NCBI GenBank assembly: GCA_964448605.1
Contig: CAYUZV010000001.1
Coordinates: forward strand, 8,693-72,692
Reading direction: 5' to 3'
DNA: 64,000 nt
Source: Candidatus Woesearchaeota archaeon
Lineage (GTDB): Archaea; Nanobdellota; Nanobdellia; Pacearchaeales; GW2011-AR1
Below are positions 62,214 to 64,000 of this stretch, one piece after another. The first letter of the stretch is position 1. Each line of letters opens with the position of its first letter. Below the pieces are notes generated by a model. The model did no database searches, was not told the DNA's origin, and saw only the letters and a program-made list of their open reading frames with translations. The position numbers were made by a program, and so were the translations under genes.

Positions 62214-63320
62214 ATGAAAAATGTTGTGAATCCGTGGGAAGTTAAGGGAAGTGTGAATTATGAAAAGTTGATGAAGGAGTTTGGAATTTCTGCTATGAAG
62301 AAACTGCCGAATGTTTTTGATAAGGAGCTTCTTTTTAGAAGGAGAATTATTTTTGCTCATAGAGATATTCAAAGGATTTTAGAGGCAATTAAAAATAAGA
62401 AAAAGTTTGTGATGATGACTGGTTTGATGCCTACTGGGAAGTTTCATTTAGGGCATGCGATTTTGGCTAAGCAGTTTGTTTTTTATCAGAATTTGGGTGC
62501 TAAGATTTATATTGCTGTTGCTGATTTAGAGGCATATAATGCTCGTGGGCAATCTTTGGAAGATTCGCGGAAGATTGCGATTGAAGAATATATTACAAAT
62601 TATATTGCTCTTGGTTTGAAGCCTGAGAATTGTGAAATTTATTTTCAGAGTGAAAGGTCTAAAGATGGAAAGAAAGCGAATGCTTATTATAGATTGCAGA
62701 ATCTATTGGCTCGCCATGTGACTTTTTCAGAATTTAAAGCTGTTTATGGAGATATTAGTTCTGGAAAAATGTTAGCTTCATTGTTGCAGGCATCGGATAT
62801 GTTGCATCCTCAACTTTCTGAATTTGAAGGAGAGTGTCCTGTTTTAGTTCCTGTTGGAATTGACCAAGACCCTCATTTAAGACTGGCAAGAGATATTTCA
62901 AAAAGATTTAAAGTTTATAATTTTACTCAACTTTCGTCTACTTATCATCTTTTTGCACCTGGTTTAAAGGGTGATAAGATGTCTGCATCTGATGCTAATT
63001 CATATATTGCTTTAACTGATGATGAAAAAACTGTTAAAAATAAAATAAACAAATATGCTTTTTCAGGAGGACAACCTACATTAGAAGAACACAAGAAAAA
63101 AGGCGGTAATCCGAATATTGATGTTTCATTTCAGTATTTGAAAATGTTTTTAGAAGAAGATGATTCTAAGTTAGAGGATATTTATGAGAAATATAAGAAA
63201 GGTGAGATGTCTACTGGTGAATTGAAGAAATATACTATTGAGAAATTGAATGAATTTTTGAAGGAGCATAGGGCTAATCGGGAGAAGGCTAAAGGTGCTG
63301 TTGAGAGAGTTGTTGAGTGA
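62214..63320 (+). CDS. trpS: Tryptophanyl-tRNA synthetase, archaeal/eukaryotic type.
   Basis: Class I HIGH-type motif (PTGKFHLGHA). KMSAS (KMSKS variant). N-terminus NPWEVKGSVNYEKLMKEFGIS resembles the euk/arch TrpRS N-terminus. Confidence 0.7.
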   Translation: MKNVVNPWEVKGSVNYEKLMKEFGISAMKKLPNVFDKELLFRRRIIFAHRDIQRILEAIKNKKKFVMMTGLMPTGKFHLGHAILAKQFVFYQNLGAKIYIAVADLEAYNARGQSLEDSRKIAIEEYITNYIALGLKPENCEIYFQSERSKDGKKANAYYRLQNLLARHVTFSEFKAVYGDISSGKMLASLLQASDMLHPQLSEFEGECPVLVPVGIDQDPHLRLARDISKRFKVYNFTQLSSTYHLFAPGLKGDKMSASDANSYIALTDDEKTVKNKINKYAFSGGQPTLEEHKKKGGNPNIDVSFQYLKMFLEEDDSKLEDIYEKYKKGEMSTGELKKYTIEKLNEFLKEHRANREKAKGAVERVVE

Positions 63321-63463
63321 TTTTTTTAGATGATTTGGAATGTGAAAATAATTGTATGATTTTTACCAATAAAAACATTTATTAACTTATATTTTTTTAA
63401 TATTTTAATGCAAAACAATTATGCAATTAGGGGTGAATTAATTAATTTACAGGTAGGTAGAAG

Positions 63464-63796
63464 ATGGTTGCAAGGAACGACCCAGAGTCAGAAATCACAA
63501 TTGAAGAGTTTAATGAAATCATTAATAATTCTCATAGATTAGTTGTTGTTGATTTTTATGCTGAGTGGTGCATGCCCTGCCTGATGTTGTCTCCGATTAT
63601 TGAAGAATTAGCTGAAAAATTAAAAGAAATAAAATTTGTTAAGATAAATATTGATGAGAATAAGGAACTTGCTAATAAGCATGGTATTTCAAGCATTCCT
63701 TGTTTGATTATTTTTAAGGATGGTGTTGAGGTTGACAGGATTATTGGGGCGCAGACTGGAGAGGAGATTGAGGAAAAATTAAGAAGGTTTTTGTGA
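63464..63796 (+). CDS. trx: Thioredoxin.
   Basis: 110 aa. Active site WCMPC (CxxC). Typical Trx fold spacing. Confidence 0.7.
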   Translation: MVARNDPESEITIEEFNEIINNSHRLVVVDFYAEWCMPCLMLSPIIEELAEKLKEIKFVKINIDENKELANKHGISSIPCLIIFKDGVEVDRIIGAQTGEEIEEKLRRFL

Positions 63797-63856
63797 TTAA
63801 TTTTTATTATCTTTTAGAATAACAATTATTATAAAGTTTTATTGAGGATTTTTTTA

Positions 63857-64000
63857 TGGTTAGAAAGAAAAAAACTGCAATGAAGTCTACTCGGGAATCT
63901 TTTGATAATGAAAAATTATTGAGAGAGATTGCAAATTCAAGAATTATGTATTTTGAAAGTCTTGGAGATTATTGTGATAGACCTTCGTGGAATGAGATAT
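63857..64000 (+). CDS. Hypothetical protein, 5' partial; continues beyond the window.
   Basis: Open frame from the ATG at 63857 to the window end. Confidence 0.2.

Noticed and set aside
1-64000. CRISPR array or cas genes.
   Set aside because: No regularly spaced direct repeats with unique spacers anywhere. The only short repeats are tRNA fragments, the two hairpin units and the two intergenic-element copies.

Overview
Contig is AT-rich (roughly 30% GC, estimated by eye). Its gene content is archaeal and resembles small-genome DPANN-type archaea. Recognised features include aEF-1alpha, r-proteins L31e, L39e, S19e, L35Ae and L10e, a form III RuBisCO, an archaeal-type ThrRS, an archaeal/eukaryotic-type TrpRS, ADP-forming acetyl-CoA synthetase subunits, PEP synthase, TrmY, one tRNA-Ser(GCU), and leaderless-style TATA boxes about 25 nt upstream of start codons.

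Housekeeping genes are mixed with accessory content:
- A carbohydrate-type cluster at 1.3-8.7 kb with two glycoside-hydrolase + HAD-phosphatase sets, a K+ channel, a SemiSWEET-like transporter, an RpiA-HPS fusion and Prs.
- An SMC head protein at 17569-20433 carrying a Rad50-like CxxC zinc hook.
- Two toxin-antitoxin pairs at 20675-21525 and 53208-53806.
- A large PKD-domain surface protein.
- A membrane receptor with a degenerate class III cyclase domain.
- A PEP synthase with a roughly 370-aa E/K/R-rich tail.
- Two paralogous Pol-beta nucleotidyltransferase-domain proteins.
- A tRNA-Ser locus preceded by tRNA 5'-fragment repeats and a hicB pseudogene.

The strongest candidate for an undescribed system is a tightly coupled five-gene minus-strand operon at 32049-37123. 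It encodes large proteins with no recognisable family, a highly acidic disordered protein, and a divergent xylose-isomerase-like TIM-barrel protein.

No CRISPR array, rRNA, reverse transcriptase or integrase was seen. All calls were made by eye from motifs with no database searches, so confidences are correspondingly moderate.
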